Both the position numbers and the translations under genes were made by a program. Of a stretch of DNA of 47,573 nt, positions 34,051 through 44,080 are shown one piece after another (the first letter of the stretch is position 1; each line of letters begins with the position of its first letter). The stretch lies in the sequence record PX132564.1, one strand, 5' to 3'. Below the pieces are notes generated by a model. The model ran no database searches. It saw only the letters and a list, made by a program, of their open reading frames with translations, and was not told where the DNA came from. Source of the stretch: a phage.

Positions 34051-34590
34051 ATGCAACCACTTACATACCAACAGACTAGCGGATTTAGCCCGACTGCGGT
34101 GATAAATCGTTCTCAAACAAAACAGGTGCCAGGCCACGAAAAAATCCGTGATGCCGTCCGCGCCTGGTCGGCTGTAGATAATCAGGATGTCGTTGCCACA
34201 CTCATTGTGAATGAGTATCTGGAGCAGGGCGGCGGCACCATCGATTTCCCTGATGATGTCAGCCGTGCACGCCAGAAGCTGTTCCGCTTCCTCGATAACA
34301 AATTCGATTCTGAAAAATACCGAAATAACGTGCGTGAACTGACCCCGGCAATTCTGGCGGTACTACCGCTGGAATATCGCGGTTACCTGGTTGAGCAGGA
34401 TAGCTTCATGGCTAGGTTGGCTGAAATGGAAAAGGAACTCAGTGAGGCAAAACAGGCTGTCATTCTCAACGCACCACGCCACCAGAAACTGAAGGAAATT
34501 AGTGAAGGTATTGTGTCGATGTTTCGTGTGGACCCAGATCTGGCTGGTCCATTGATGGCGATGGTTACTACCATGCTGGGGGCGATATGA
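34051..34590 (+). CDS. CII-like / YdaT-family regulatory protein (putative)
   Basis: 179-aa ORF in the cII position with AAGGAG RBS; not lambda CII; family assignment from recollection only. Confidence 0.45.
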   Translation: MQPLTYQQTSGFSPTAVINRSQTKQVPGHEKIRDAVRAWSAVDNQDVVATLIVNEYLEQGGGTIDFPDDVSRARQKLFRFLDNKFDSEKYRNNVRELTPAILAVLPLEYRGYLVEQDSFMARLAEMEKELSEAKQAVILNAPRHQKLKEISEGIVSMFRVDPDLAGPLMAMVTTMLGAI

Positions 34591-34676
34591 CAGGTTCAGA
34601 AATGGCGAAAGCCGGTCTGCTGGAACAGAACCGACTTTCAGGTGCAAATCGTAACACACTCATTGCGGGAGGAATT

Positions 34677-35606
34677 ATGGCAAACACTGCTGAGATATTC
34701 AATTTTCCAGTGCCGGATGCGGCACAAAAGGAGCCGCGCGTGGCAGATCTCGATGATGGTTATACGCGCATTGCAAATGAGTTGCTGGAAGCTGTGATGC
34801 TGGCCGGATTAACACAGCACCAGCTTCTGGTCTTTCTGGCTGTCATGCGCAAAACATATGGCTTTAATAAAAAACTGGATTGGGTTAGCAACGAGCAACT
34901 TTCCGAATTAACCGGGATATTGCCGCACAAGTGTTCTGCTGCAAAAAGTGTTCTGGTAAAGCGTGGGATTTTTATTCAGAGCGGGCGGAATACCGGCATT
35001 AATAATGTGGTCAGTGAATGGTCAACATTACCCGAATCAGGTAAGAAAAATAAAGTTTACCTGAAAGAGGTAAATTTACCTGAATCAGGTAAAAAAAGTT
35101 TACCCAAATCAGGTAAAGGCGTTTACCCGAATCAGGTAAACACAAAAGACAAACTAACAAAAGACAATATAAAACCTTTTTCGTCCGAGAATTCTGGCGA
35201 ATCCTCTGACCAACCAGAAAACGATCTTCCTGTGGTGAAACCGGATGCTGCAATTCAGAGCGGCAGCAAGTGGGGGACAGCAGAAGACCTGACCGCCGCA
35301 GAGTGGATGTTTGACATGGTGAAGACCATCGCGCCATCAGCCAGAAAACCGAATTTTGCAGGGTGGGCTAACGATATCCGCCTGATGCGTGAACGTGACG
35401 GACGTAACCACCGCGACATGTGCGTGCTGTTCCGCTGGGCATGCCAGGACAACTTCTGGTCCGGTAACGTGCTAAGTCCGGCCAAACTCCGCGACAAGTG
35501 GACCCAACTCGAAATCAACCGTAACAAGCAACAGGCAGGCGTGACAGCTAGCAAACCAAAACTCGACCTGACAAACACAGACTGGATTTACGGGGTGGAT
35601 CTATGA
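34677..35606 (+). CDS. O: replication initiator O
   Basis: MANTAEIFNFPVPDAAQKEPRVADLDDGYTRIANELLEA... is lambda O N-terminus-like; GGGAGG RBS before the ATG at 34677; ori iterons inside. Confidence 0.85.
   Translation: MANTAEIFNFPVPDAAQKEPRVADLDDGYTRIANELLEAVMLAGLTQHQLLVFLAVMRKTYGFNKKLDWVSNEQLSELTGILPHKCSAAKSVLVKRGIFIQSGRNTGINNVVSEWSTLPESGKKNKVYLKEVNLPESGKKSLPKSGKGVYPNQVNTKDKLTKDNIKPFSSENSGESSDQPENDLPVVKPDAAIQSGSKWGTAEDLTAAEWMFDMVKTIAPSARKPNFAGWANDIRLMRERDGRNHRDMCVLFRWACQDNFWSGNVLSPAKLRDKWTQLEINRNKQQAGVTASKPKLDLTNTDWIYGVDL
35031..35140 (+). repeat. replication origin iterons inside O (four 18-19 bp repeats TTTACC(C/T)(G/A)AATCAGGTAAA) followed by an A/T-rich segment
   Basis: Copies at about 35031, 35076, 35098, 35121, each an internal inverted repeat TTACC...GGTAA; A-rich stretch 35141-35180. 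Confidence 0.7.
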
Positions 35607-36304
35607 AAAACATCGCCGCACAGATGATTAACTTTGACCGTGAGCAGATGCGTCGGATCGCCAACAACATGCCGGAACAGTACGACGAAAAGCCGCAGGT
35701 ACAGCAGGTAGCGCAGATAATCAACGGTGTATTCAGCCAGTTACTGGCAACTTTCCCGGCGAGCCTGGCTAATCGTGACCAGAACGAACTGAACGAAATC
35801 CGCCGCCAGTGGGTTCTGGCTTTCCGGGAAAACGGGATCACCACGATGGAGCAGGTGAGCGACGGAATGCGTGTTGCCCGTCGGCAGAATAGACCATTTC
35901 TGCCATCACCCGGGCAGTTTGTTGCATGGTGCCGGGAAGAAGCATCCGTTACCGCCGGGCTGCCAAACGTCAGCGAGCTGGTTGATATGGTTTACGAGTA
36001 TTGCCGGAAGCGTGGTCTGTATCCGGATGCAGAGTCTTATCCGTGGAAATCAAACGCGCACTACTGGCTGGTTACCAACCTGTATCAGAACATGCGGGCC
36101 AATGCGTTGACTGACGCGGAATTACGGCGCAAGGCTGCCGATGAACTGGCCTGTATGACCGCGCGAATTAACCGTGGTGAGGCTATACCTGAACCAGTAA
36201 AACAACTTCCTGTCATGGGCGGTAGGCCTCTAAATCGTGCACAGGCTCTGGCGAAGATCGCAGAAATCAAAGCTAAGTTCGGGCTGAAAGGAGCGATGAA
36301 ATAG
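35603..36304 (+). CDS. P: replication protein P (DnaB helicase loader)
   Basis: 233 aa MKNIAAQMINFDREQMRRIANNMPEQYDEKPQVQQVAQIINGVFSQLL..., lambda P. Confidence 0.95.
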   Translation: MKNIAAQMINFDREQMRRIANNMPEQYDEKPQVQQVAQIINGVFSQLLATFPASLANRDQNELNEIRRQWVLAFRENGITTMEQVSDGMRVARRQNRPFLPSPGQFVAWCREEASVTAGLPNVSELVDMVYEYCRKRGLYPDAESYPWKSNAHYWLVTNLYQNMRANALTDAELRRKAADELACMTARINRGEAIPEPVKQLPVMGGRPLNRAQALAKIAEIKAKFGLKGAMK

Positions 36305-36553
36305 AGCTAAAGTATTAGCTTAAAAATAAAGTATACCTAGCGAATATAATCTAGGACTAGTTGTAACGCCCGAAATGATTGATTGCGTGAGCAACAAAAT
36401 TTTTCTTCCATTGTTGTGAAATCATTTAGCCATAAAGTTTATGCAGAGATTTTATTTTATTTTTGAGTTGATTTTTTTGTAACGAGCTGTATATTTCGCG
36501 CCTCTTGTCATACCAGTTATTTTTTTCATTATATTCATAACGTTGATTGAACT

Positions 36554-39500
36554 ATGACCACTGTGAATAAAAAGTTAAAAAAAACTGCATCTGGCGCGAT
36601 TACATGGTCGGTAATTGTTACCCAGATATTATCTCCAGTTTCTCTTTCTTTGATCCCAGCAAACAGTTTTGCATCATCTGGTAATAAAGATGTTACGCAA
36701 ATTTATGCCAGCGATGAGCATGCAAATAAAGTGGCCTCATTTGCAGCAAGTGCAGGTCAGAGCCTGGCGAATAATAATGCAAGTAGTTTTGCTGTAAATA
36801 CTTTATCAACTCAGGCGACAAAAGAGGTCGTCGACTGGTTGCAACAATATGGCAATGCGCGCATCAAGCTTAATGTCGATGATTCTTTTTCCTTGAAGGA
36901 TTCATCATTCGACTTTTTATATCCATGGCTGGATACTCAGGATTATGTGTTATTCAGTCAGACATCACTACATCGTACTGATGACCGAAATCAGACCAAT
37001 ATTGGTTTGGGGATTCGTCATTTCACTCCTGATAACGCAATGTTGGGTGCGAATGTTTTCTATGATTACGATTTAAGTCGTAGTCACTCTCGTGCAGGTT
37101 TTGGGGTTGAGTACTGGAGGGATTATTTCAGGCTTGGTGTAAATACCTATTTTGGTCTATCTGACTGGAAGAACAGTCGTGATATTGATGATTATCTGGA
37201 AAGACCTGCAAATGGCTGGGATTTTTCTGCTGAAGGATGGCTACCTGCTTATCCGCAATTAGGGGCATCTATTCAGTTTGAAAAATATTATGGTAAAAAT
37301 GTCGGGTTATTTGGAAGCGATAACCTGCAGGAAAACCCTTACGCAGTTACTGGGGGAATTTCTTATACACCAGTTCCTCTGATTAAGTTTTCTGCACAGC
37401 ATAAGCAAGGACAGAGCAACACTCACGATACAACCTTTGGTGTTGAGTTTAATTATCGCCCGGGCGTTTCCTTGGCTGAACAGCTTAGCAGCGATAATGT
37501 TGCAGTTATGCGAGAAGTCCAGAACCGGCGTTATGATTTTGTTGAACGAAATAACAACATTGTTCTGGAGTACAAGAAGAAGCATGCACTGAAAATCAGT
37601 TTGCCAGAGTCTGTTCAGGGGGAGGGGGAATCAATCATCCCTGTAACACTGACAATCAACAATGCTAGTGGTGGTATCAAGTCTGTACAGTGGAATGATA
37701 GTGCATTCACTGCGGCTGGCGGCAAGATCAGTGGAAATGGCACATCATGGCAGATCACTTTACCGGCTTATAAAAGCGAAGGTGTAAATTCGTGGAATGT
37801 TGGAGCCACAGTACAGGATAACAGAGGCAACGTTTCCAACTATGCCGTGATGAATATTAGCGTTACTGATAGTGGTGTCTCGACGGCTGATTCGTCTTTT
37901 ACACTGGATGGAGATTCGTCGCCGACAATCTCTGCTGATAGCCAATCCACTTATCCGATAGTATTAAGCCTGAAAGATAGTAACGGTAAGGCATTAACCG
38001 GACTGGCTGATGACATTGAAATGTCAGTGGAATTTACAGCAGATAGCAATAGTGCTCGACAGCGTGAAACGGTAACTGCTCCGTCATTAGGCGCGGTAGA
38101 GGAAATCTCTGCTGGGGTATATCGCTCTAAAAGCGAAGGTGTAAATTCGTGGAATGTTGGAGCCACAGTACAGGATAACAGAGGCAACGTTTCCAACTAT
38201 GCCGTGATGAATATTAGCGTTACTGATAGTGGTGTCTCGACGGCTGATTCGTCTTTTACACTGGATGGAGATTCGTCGCCGACAATCTCTGCTGATAGCC
38301 AATCCACTTATCCGATAGTATTAAGCCTGAAAGATAGTAACGGTAAGGCATTAACCGGACTGGCTGATGACATTGAAATGTCAGTGGAATTTACAGCAGA
38401 TAGCAATAGTGCTCGACAGCGTGAAACGGTAACTGCTCCGTCATTAGGCGCGGTAGAGGAAATCTCTGCTGGGGTATATCGCTCTGTTCTGGCTGCTGGT
38501 TCGCAGGCTGGTACGGTACGTGTAACTGCAAAAGTTCAGGGAAAAACATTTACTCTCAGTATTAAGCAAACAGCAACAACAGAACCTGATTCTGAGGTCA
38601 GTGCTGTTTTAACCGCTGCACCAGCAGAACAGGTAGTTGGTTACAATATCAATCTACAACTGGCAGTGAAGGATTCACAAGGAAATGCAATCACTGGTGA
38701 TAACACTCTGAGCTTTTATGCTCTTAACCAGGCAGAAGGAGTCGAGTTTGGGACTGTAACGGAAAAAGACGGTGTCTATAGCGCGACAGTAACTTCAAAA
38801 CGAGCTGGTAAGATTACTATCGGTGTTAAATCTGATAGTCATGATTTCTCAGGTGTTAAGAAAGAAATCACCTTTATTGAGGACCGGCAGCAGGTTACAT
38901 TCTCTCAGTTTGAAGCCAGCCAAAATAATGCATTGGCTGATGGAAAACAGAGAAATATGGTAACTGTAAGCCTTGCGGACCGTTTCGGCAATGTTGTTCC
39001 TGGTTATGCTGTCACATTGTCTTTACCAGCAGGGATAACTCAAGTTGGTGGTGAACATGCTGTTTCAACTGACGAAAATGGTAATGCTATTTTTGCGTTA
39101 ATAAGCTCCACTCCGGGGTCTTACGTGATTACAGCTCATGCTGGTTCTCAGATGTCTACTGAGTTAACAGTGACCTTTGCATCAAATATGACCGGAGCTT
39201 CACTGTCACTGACGCCTGAAAGCAGTAGTTTAATTTCCAATATTCCTGCTAATGGTAAGGATGCAGCGGTATTAGATGTGCAGCTGACAAATACGAATGC
39301 GTCGGTCAATGGGCAAAAGATTCAGCTCATCACCTCATCTGAAGGATTATCTGTACCAACAAATATCGTGACTGATTCAACAGGGCATGTTTCTGTTCCG
39401 CTTACAACGGTGAAAGCTGGTGAGTACACGGTGACTGCACGGGTGACTGACGGTTCCCATAGCGTGGAATCTGGCAGCGTTAAGTTAACTTTTGTGCCCG

Positions 39501-40462
39501 ATGTTGCTTCTGCAGAACTGAATATGAGTGTATCAAAACAGGAGATTGTGGCCGATGGCAGTGAAAACGCAACAGTAAACATTCAGTTGGTTGATGCGAA
39601 TAACAATGCGTTTACAGGCGAGGTGGATTTAACGATTACACCATCGACGGGAGCATCATTGACCAGTAGTAATCTGCAACTGGATGCTCATGGACAGGCA
39701 ACAACGCAGTTCACTGCATCGAAATCAGGCCAGTACACAATTCAGGCCGAGTATGTTCTGGATGGGAAACGCATAACCGCAAGCCAGAATATTGATGCCG
39801 TGACGGATGTGAAGGGGGCTGTGTTGGAGATCACATCATCTGCATCTTCGGCTGTAGTGAGCGATACCAACAATCTGGTATTTACGTTACTGTTGAAAAG
39901 TAAGTCAGGCGAAGCATTAAGTGGTCGAGCATTGAATGTTAAGACATCTGGGCCGTCTAAATATGGTGCGTTGGTGGTTGATAAAACCACAGTAACGACT
40001 GATGAGAACGGTCAGGCTACGGTAAGCGTACATGGTCGAACGGTTGGTTCGTATAAATTAACGGCGACCTTAAACGAACTTGGCAGTGATGTTAGCGCGG
40101 TGAAATCATTCTCCCTGTACGCTGATGACGCAAATGGAGTATTGACTCTAACAAAAGATCCTGGTTATGAGACAAACGATGGATCTCCAGTAGGTATTTA
40201 TGCTCGATTTGTCGATCATTTTGGAAACCCATTATCTGGTACGGTTGAGTTTTCTGCTGGTAGTGAAGATAGTCCAGACTCTCAACGGGTCAAAATGGAG
40301 CCTGCTACAGTAACGTTACACTGGACAGGTAATGCAGCTTCGGAATTCAGCACCTATGAAAGTGGTTATCACTGGATTAAGGCCAAAATAACGAATAGCA
40401 AAAATACATATGAGAAAACAATAAGGACTTATGTTGTAAAACTACCTGAAAAGGATAGTTAA
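36554..40462 (+). CDS. invasin/intimin-family inverse autotransporter adhesin with multiple Big (Ig-like) repeats
   Basis: 1302 aa; signal peptide, then a beta-barrel region (…LFSQTSLHRTDDRNQTNIGLGIRHF…NPYAVTGGISYTPVPL…DRNNNIVLEYKKK) resembling Yersinia invasin/intimin, then serial Ig-like repeats; AT-rich upstream. Confidence 0.85.
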   Translation: MTTVNKKLKKTASGAITWSVIVTQILSPVSLSLIPANSFASSGNKDVTQIYASDEHANKVASFAASAGQSLANNNASSFAVNTLSTQATKEVVDWLQQYGNARIKLNVDDSFSLKDSSFDFLYPWLDTQDYVLFSQTSLHRTDDRNQTNIGLGIRHFTPDNAMLGANVFYDYDLSRSHSRAGFGVEYWRDYFRLGVNTYFGLSDWKNSRDIDDYLERPANGWDFSAEGWLPAYPQLGASIQFEKYYGKNVGLFGSDNLQENPYAVTGGISYTPVPLIKFSAQHKQGQSNTHDTTFGVEFNYRPGVSLAEQLSSDNVAVMREVQNRRYDFVERNNNIVLEYKKKHALKISLPESVQGEGESIIPVTLTINNASGGIKSVQWNDSAFTAAGGKISGNGTSWQITLPAYKSEGVNSWNVGATVQDNRGNVSNYAVMNISVTDSGVSTADSSFTLDGDSSPTISADSQSTYPIVLSLKDSNGKALTGLADDIEMSVEFTADSNSARQRETVTAPSLGAVEEISAGVYRSKSEGVNSWNVGATVQDNRGNVSNYAVMNISVTDSGVSTADSSFTLDGDSSPTISADSQSTYPIVLSLKDSNGKALTGLADDIEMSVEFTADSNSARQRETVTAPSLGAVEEISAGVYRSVLAAGSQAGTVRVTAKVQGKTFTLSIKQTATTEPDSEVSAVLTAAPAEQVVGYNINLQLAVKDSQGNAITGDNTLSFYALNQAEGVEFGTVTEKDGVYSATVTSKRAGKITIGVKSDSHDFSGVKKEITFIEDRQQVTFSQFEASQNNALADGKQRNMVTVSLADRFGNVVPGYAVTLSLPAGITQVGGEHAVSTDENGNAIFALISSTPGSYVITAHAGSQMSTELTVTFASNMTGASLSLTPESSSLISNIPANGKDAAVLDVQLTNTNASVNGQKIQLITSSEGLSVPTNIVTDSTGHVSVPLTTVKAGEYTVTARVTDGSHSVESGSVKLTFVPDVASAELNMSVSKQEIVADGSENATVNIQLVDANNNAFTGEVDLTITPSTGASLTSSNLQLDAHGQATTQFTASKSGQYTIQAEYVLDGKRITASQNIDAVTDVKGAVLEITSSASSAVVSDTNNLVFTLLLKSKSGEALSGRALNVKTSGPSKYGALVVDKTTVTTDENGQATVSVHGRTVGSYKLTATLNELGSDVSAVKSFSLYADDANGVLTLTKDPGYETNDGSPVGIYARFVDHFGNPLSGTVEFSAGSEDSPDSQRVKMEPATVTLHWTGNAASEFSTYESGYHWIKAKITNSKNTYEKTIRTYVVKLPEKDS
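37772..38485 (+). repeat. perfect tandem duplication, 2 x 357 bp (119 codons), inside the adhesin gene
   Basis: Protein segment KSEGVNSWNVGATVQDNRGNVSNYAVMNISVTDSG...EEISAGVYRS occurs twice back to back; antisense track ORFs 37760-37945 and 38087-38302 are identical over their shared 60 residues. Confidence 0.9.
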
Positions 40463-40473
40463 CAAAATTGAAT

Positions 40474-40500
40474 GGGGAGGGCTTAGCCCTCCCTCTTTTT
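40474..40500. terminator. bidirectional rho-independent terminator between convergent adhesin and esterase genes
   Basis: GGGGAGGGC-tta-GCCCTCCC(T)C followed by TTTTT on plus and an A/T-rich run on minus. Confidence 0.7.
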
Positions 40501-41542
40501 ACAGGTTAGCGTTTGGGTTTTGTTGTTGGGGAGCTGTTTTTATAGGCGCTCCCAGGTTTTTAGTAAACCACTCAACGACTCTGTTTATAATAATTGGCTG
40601 ATACCATGTCTTATCGCCATGCTCGGCCCCTTCTACCAGCACGTACTCAGCGTTATCACCGTTCTTCTTCAACATCCTGAATAGTTTGGCGCTTTGCTCA
40701 GGTGAAACCAGAGTGTCTTTGCTACCATGCATAATAAGAAATGGGGGTTTTACTCCTTTCATATGTCCGATTGGACTGGCGTTTAGCGCTTTTTCTTTTG
40801 ACGCTGTGATGGGGGCTCCCGCAAAATTTCTGAATGCAGGGCCATTGATCATTAAGGCTTCGGTTACGGCAGGAGAGCGATGAACCTCCTGCACTGATTC
40901 AGGGAACCCCTCGCCAATATTCAACAAGTCAGAAATCCCATAAAGTGTGGCAACTGCCTGAACATCTGAGGATTGCTGAAGAAAGTCACCTTTATCAAAG
41001 GTTTTGTCACCATTTGTAGTTCCCATCATCTGGGCAAGCCATCCACCGGCAGAGTCACCCAGAACTCCGATTCTTTGAGGATCAATCCCATAATTGCTGG
41101 CATGCTCTCTCAGGTAACGTATTGCAGCTTTTCCATCCTCAACTGGTGCTGGAAATGTATCAGGAATTGTTCTGTATTCTACAGCGGCCACAACAAAACC
41201 AGCTTCTGCCAGAGCCATTCTCATTTCAATAAATTTGTCATGTTCAGAAGACATGAATCCGCCGCCGGGATAATAAATAATGGCTGGTTTTAAATCATTT
41301 GTTCGCGGGACAAGAACTGACATGTGAAGCTGTCTGACAGAACGAGTTCCTTTTATCTGGGAATAAACAACATCACCAATGAGATCGACCTGGTTTCTGG
41401 TCGGTGAAACACTAATGATATCTGCACCCGGGGTGTAACCAGGAAGATTAGTCTGGACAGGTGTTGCACAACTCCCGACCGACATGGCCATTGACATACC
41501 ATACAATAGTGTTGCAGATGATAATATCTTGTTAATTTTCAT
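40499..41542 (-). CDS. alpha/beta-hydrolase esterase/lipase, probable lipoprotein
   Basis: 347 aa; lipoprotein-type signal ending in Cys; oxyanion-hole PGGGF, nucleophile elbow GDSAGG, C-terminal HG. Confidence 0.8.
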   Translation of the reverse strand: MKINKILSSATLLYGMSMAMSVGSCATPVQTNLPGYTPGADIISVSPTRNQVDLIGDVVYSQIKGTRSVRQLHMSVLVPRTNDLKPAIIYYPGGGFMSSEHDKFIEMRMALAEAGFVVAAVEYRTIPDTFPAPVEDGKAAIRYLREHASNYGIDPQRIGVLGDSAGGWLAQMMGTTNGDKTFDKGDFLQQSSDVQAVATLYGISDLLNIGEGFPESVQEVHRSPAVTEALMINGPAFRNFAGAPITASKEKALNASPIGHMKGVKPPFLIMHGSKDTLVSPEQSAKLFRMLKKNGDNAEYVLVEGAEHGDKTWYQPIIINRVVEWFTKNLGAPIKTAPQQQNPNANL

Positions 41543-41989
41543 GTTTTACATGCCTTGACTTATCGGATGAAATTCTCTTACTAAATTTAACGGCAGTTTA
41601 ATAGCCGTACAACTCGTGGTAGCCAGGGAAATATCCCAGTCGTGGTTAAGGTTGTACTTGACGGCTATTATTTCAACAATGCTTAAAGTGAGAGCTTAAG
41701 GTTATGCGTATGTTTTACAGTCCGAGTAGATTCTGACCAATAGCTTCTTTGTATAATTCTGTCAGAAATAAATCTTGGCTTGCATGAAGTTTGAGACCTT
41801 ATCTTGTTTGATTATGAATAATCAATTCGCCATAATTGTATCACCGGAGCCTGAACAACTCCGGTGACTTCTGCGCTAAACGGGGACGTTTATGCGCACA
41901 CACAATCCAAACTCTCTTCTCCCTTCACAGATGCAGAAATGCACCTGCGTTTTTTTGCATCTAGCGTCTGACCTCTGTGGAGGTGAAGC

Positions 41990-42445
41990 GTGAACCTACC
42001 ACAAGATGGCATCAAACTGCATCGCGGTAACTTCATCGCTATCGGCCAGCAGATCCAGCCTTATCTGGAGAACGGAAAATGCTTTCGCATGGTGCTTAAA
42101 CCGTGGCGTGAGAAACGCAGTCTTTCCCAGAATGCACTCAGCCACATGTGGTACAGCGAAATCAGTGAATACCTCATCAGCAGGGGGAAATCGTTCGCTA
42201 CCGCAGCATGGGTAAAAGATGCTCTCAAACACACATACCTCGGTTATGAAACCAAGGACCTGGTTGATGTCGTAACCGGCGAAATCACTACTATCCAGTC
42301 GTTACGCCATACCTCCGATCTCGATACCGGAGAGATGTATGTCTTCCTGTGTAAGGTTGAAGCCTGGGCGGTGAATATTGGCTGCCACCTGACTATTCCG
42401 CAGAGCTGCGAGTTCCAGCTGCTGCGCGACAAGCAGGAGGCGTAA
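41990..42445 (+). CDS. ninB: NinB-like recombination protein (putative)
   Basis: 151 aa, GTG start; contains KRSLSQN...W like the NinB RSLDQN motif; first gene after the nin-region insert. Confidence 0.55.
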   Translation: MNLPQDGIKLHRGNFIAIGQQIQPYLENGKCFRMVLKPWREKRSLSQNALSHMWYSEISEYLISRGKSFATAAWVKDALKHTYLGYETKDLVDVVTGEITTIQSLRHTSDLDTGEMYVFLCKVEAWAVNIGCHLTIPQSCEFQLLRDKQEA

Positions 42446-42615
42446 TGGCTACACCGCTTATTCGTGTCATGAACGGACACATCTACAGAGTACCAAATCG
42501 TCGTAAGCGTAAGCCTGAGCTGAAACCATCCGAAATACCAACACTGCTCGGATATACCGCCAGCCTGGTTGATAAAAAATGGTTGCGACTGGCAGCAAGG
42601 AGGAATCATGGCTGA
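42445..42615 (+). CDS. NinE-like small basic protein (putative)
   Basis: 56-codon ORF coupled (TAATG) to ninB and overlapping the ybcO start; below track cut-off. Confidence 0.35.
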   Translation: MATPLIRVMNGHIYRVPNRRKRKPELKPSEIPTLLGYTASLVDKKWLRLAARRNHG

Positions 42616-42898
42616 CTTGAGAAAAGCAGCGCGTGGTCGGGAATGCCAGGTAAGAATCCCTGGCGTATGTAATGGCAATCCTGAAACGTCAGTACTGGCA
42701 CATATCCGGCTGGCTGGATTGTGCGGTACCGGTATCAAACCGCCAGACCTGATTGCCACCATTGCATGTTCTGCCTGCCACGACGAAATCGACCGTCGCA
42801 CGCATTTTGTTGACGCTGGATATGCAAAAGAATGTGCGCTGGAAGGTATGGCGAGAACACAGGTTATCTGGCTGAAAGAGGGGGTAATTAAGGCGTGA
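42608..42898 (+). CDS. ybcO: YbcO-like (DUF1364) putative nuclease
   Basis: [42 protein letters not shown]..., recalled as DLP12 YbcO; Cys-rich. Confidence 0.75.
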   Translation: MADLRKAARGRECQVRIPGVCNGNPETSVLAHIRLAGLCGTGIKPPDLIATIACSACHDEIDRRTHFVDAGYAKECALEGMARTQVIWLKEGVIKA

Positions 42899-43257
42899 AT
42901 ACTTACTGCATCACACTACCCTGGCCGCCGAGCAATAATCGCTATTACCGCCATAATCGCGGACGCACGCATATCAGCGCAGAGGGGCAGGCATACCGCG
43001 ATAATGTCGCCCGAATCATTAAAAACGCAATGCTGGATATCGGCCTGGCTATTCCTGTGAAAATCAGCATTGAGTGCCACATGCCGGATCGCCGTCGCCG
43101 TGACCTTGATAATCTGCAAAAGGCCGCTTTTGACGCACTCACCAAAGCAGGTTTCTGGCTGGATGATGCTCAGGTCGTTGATTACCGCGTTGTGAAGATG
43201 CCCGTTACCAAAGGTGGGAAGCTGGAGCTGACTATCACTGAACTGGGAGATGAATGA
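42895..43257 (+). CDS. rusA: Holliday junction resolvase RusA
   Basis: 120 aa [45 protein letters not shown]..., RusA. Confidence 0.92.
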   Translation: MNTYCITLPWPPSNNRYYRHNRGRTHISAEGQAYRDNVARIIKNAMLDIGLAIPVKISIECHMPDRRRRDLDNLQKAAFDALTKAGFWLDDAQVVDYRVVKMPVTKGGKLELTITELGDE

Positions 43258-43394
43258 TGTTTGAGTCTTATATGGCAGAACGTCTTCGCCGCCGCTGGGT
43301 GCGCCTGCGCTTATATCGTTTTCCTAGTTCTGTTTTGACCGATTACCGGATACTGAAGAATTACGCCAAAACACTGAAAGGAGCTGCCGCATGA
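43254..43394 (+). CDS. ylcG: YlcG-like small protein
   Basis: 46 codons [46 protein letters not shown], overlapping rusA stop and Q start. Confidence 0.5.
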   Translation: MMFESYMAERLRRRWVRLRLYRFPSSVLTDYRILKNYAKTLKGAAA

Positions 43395-44080
43395 ATACCC
43401 AATATTTACAGTATGTCCGCGAGCAACTCATTGTGGCTACCGCTGATTTGAGCGGAGCAACGAAAGGACAGCTTGAAGCCTGGCTGGAGCATGCACAATT
43501 TGATACTGGTACATACAAACGAAAGAAGCCGCGCATTCTGGATGAGGTAACTGGCAGGATGATTACGCTGGATAATCCGCCGATTTCCGGTAAGCAGTTG
43601 TACGCAAAAGGTTCATCCATTGCACTGGTCAGCCAGGTTGAGTTCTCAACCTCGTCATGGCGCCGCGCGGTTCTGTCTCTCGAAGAACATCAGAAAGCGT
43701 GGTTGCTGTGGAGTTACAGCGAAAGTGTTCGCTGGGAACATCAGGTCACCATAACGCAGTGGGCATGGAGCGAGTTTAAGACTCTGTTGGGTACCAGGAA
43801 AATTGCAGGTAAAACACTGGAACGTTTGAAGAAGTTGATCTGGCTGGCGGCACAGGATGTGAAGAACGAGCTGGCAGGGCGTAAGACCTATGAATACCAG
43901 GAGCTGGCATCACTGGTGGGAGTGACATCAAAAAACTGGTCTGAGACATTTACTGAACGCTGGGTTGCAATGAAGCACATTTTTCTACAGCTTGATAGCC
44001 AAGCTTTATTGCTTTTAACGAAAACACGTTCAAAACAAAAGACCATATTTTCACAGCAAGATATTGCAAAACTGGATTAA
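43391..44080 (+). CDS. Q: late-gene antiterminator Q (putative, non-lambda type)
   Basis: 229-aa ORF immediately upstream of a promoter/terminator region and the lysis genes; not lambda Q by sequence. Confidence 0.55.
   Translation: MNTQYLQYVREQLIVATADLSGATKGQLEAWLEHAQFDTGTYKRKKPRILDEVTGRMITLDNPPISGKQLYAKGSSIALVSQVEFSTSSWRRAVLSLEEHQKAWLLWSYSESVRWEHQVTITQWAWSEFKTLLGTRKIAGKTLERLKKLIWLAAQDVKNELAGRKTYEYQELASLVGVTSKNWSETFTERWVAMKHIFLQLDSQALLLLTKTRSKQKTIFSQQDIAKLD

Noticed and set aside
34587-34676. Upstream start for O giving a 339-aa protein
   Set aside because: Lambda O homology begins at MANTAEIF (ATG 34677), which has a strong GGGAGG RBS; the upstream extension overlaps the preceding gene.
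35031-38485. CRISPR array interpretation of the direct repeats (ori iterons, adhesin duplication)
   Set aside because: Repeats are in-frame coding sequence or origin iterons with no spacer/repeat periodicity and no cas genes.
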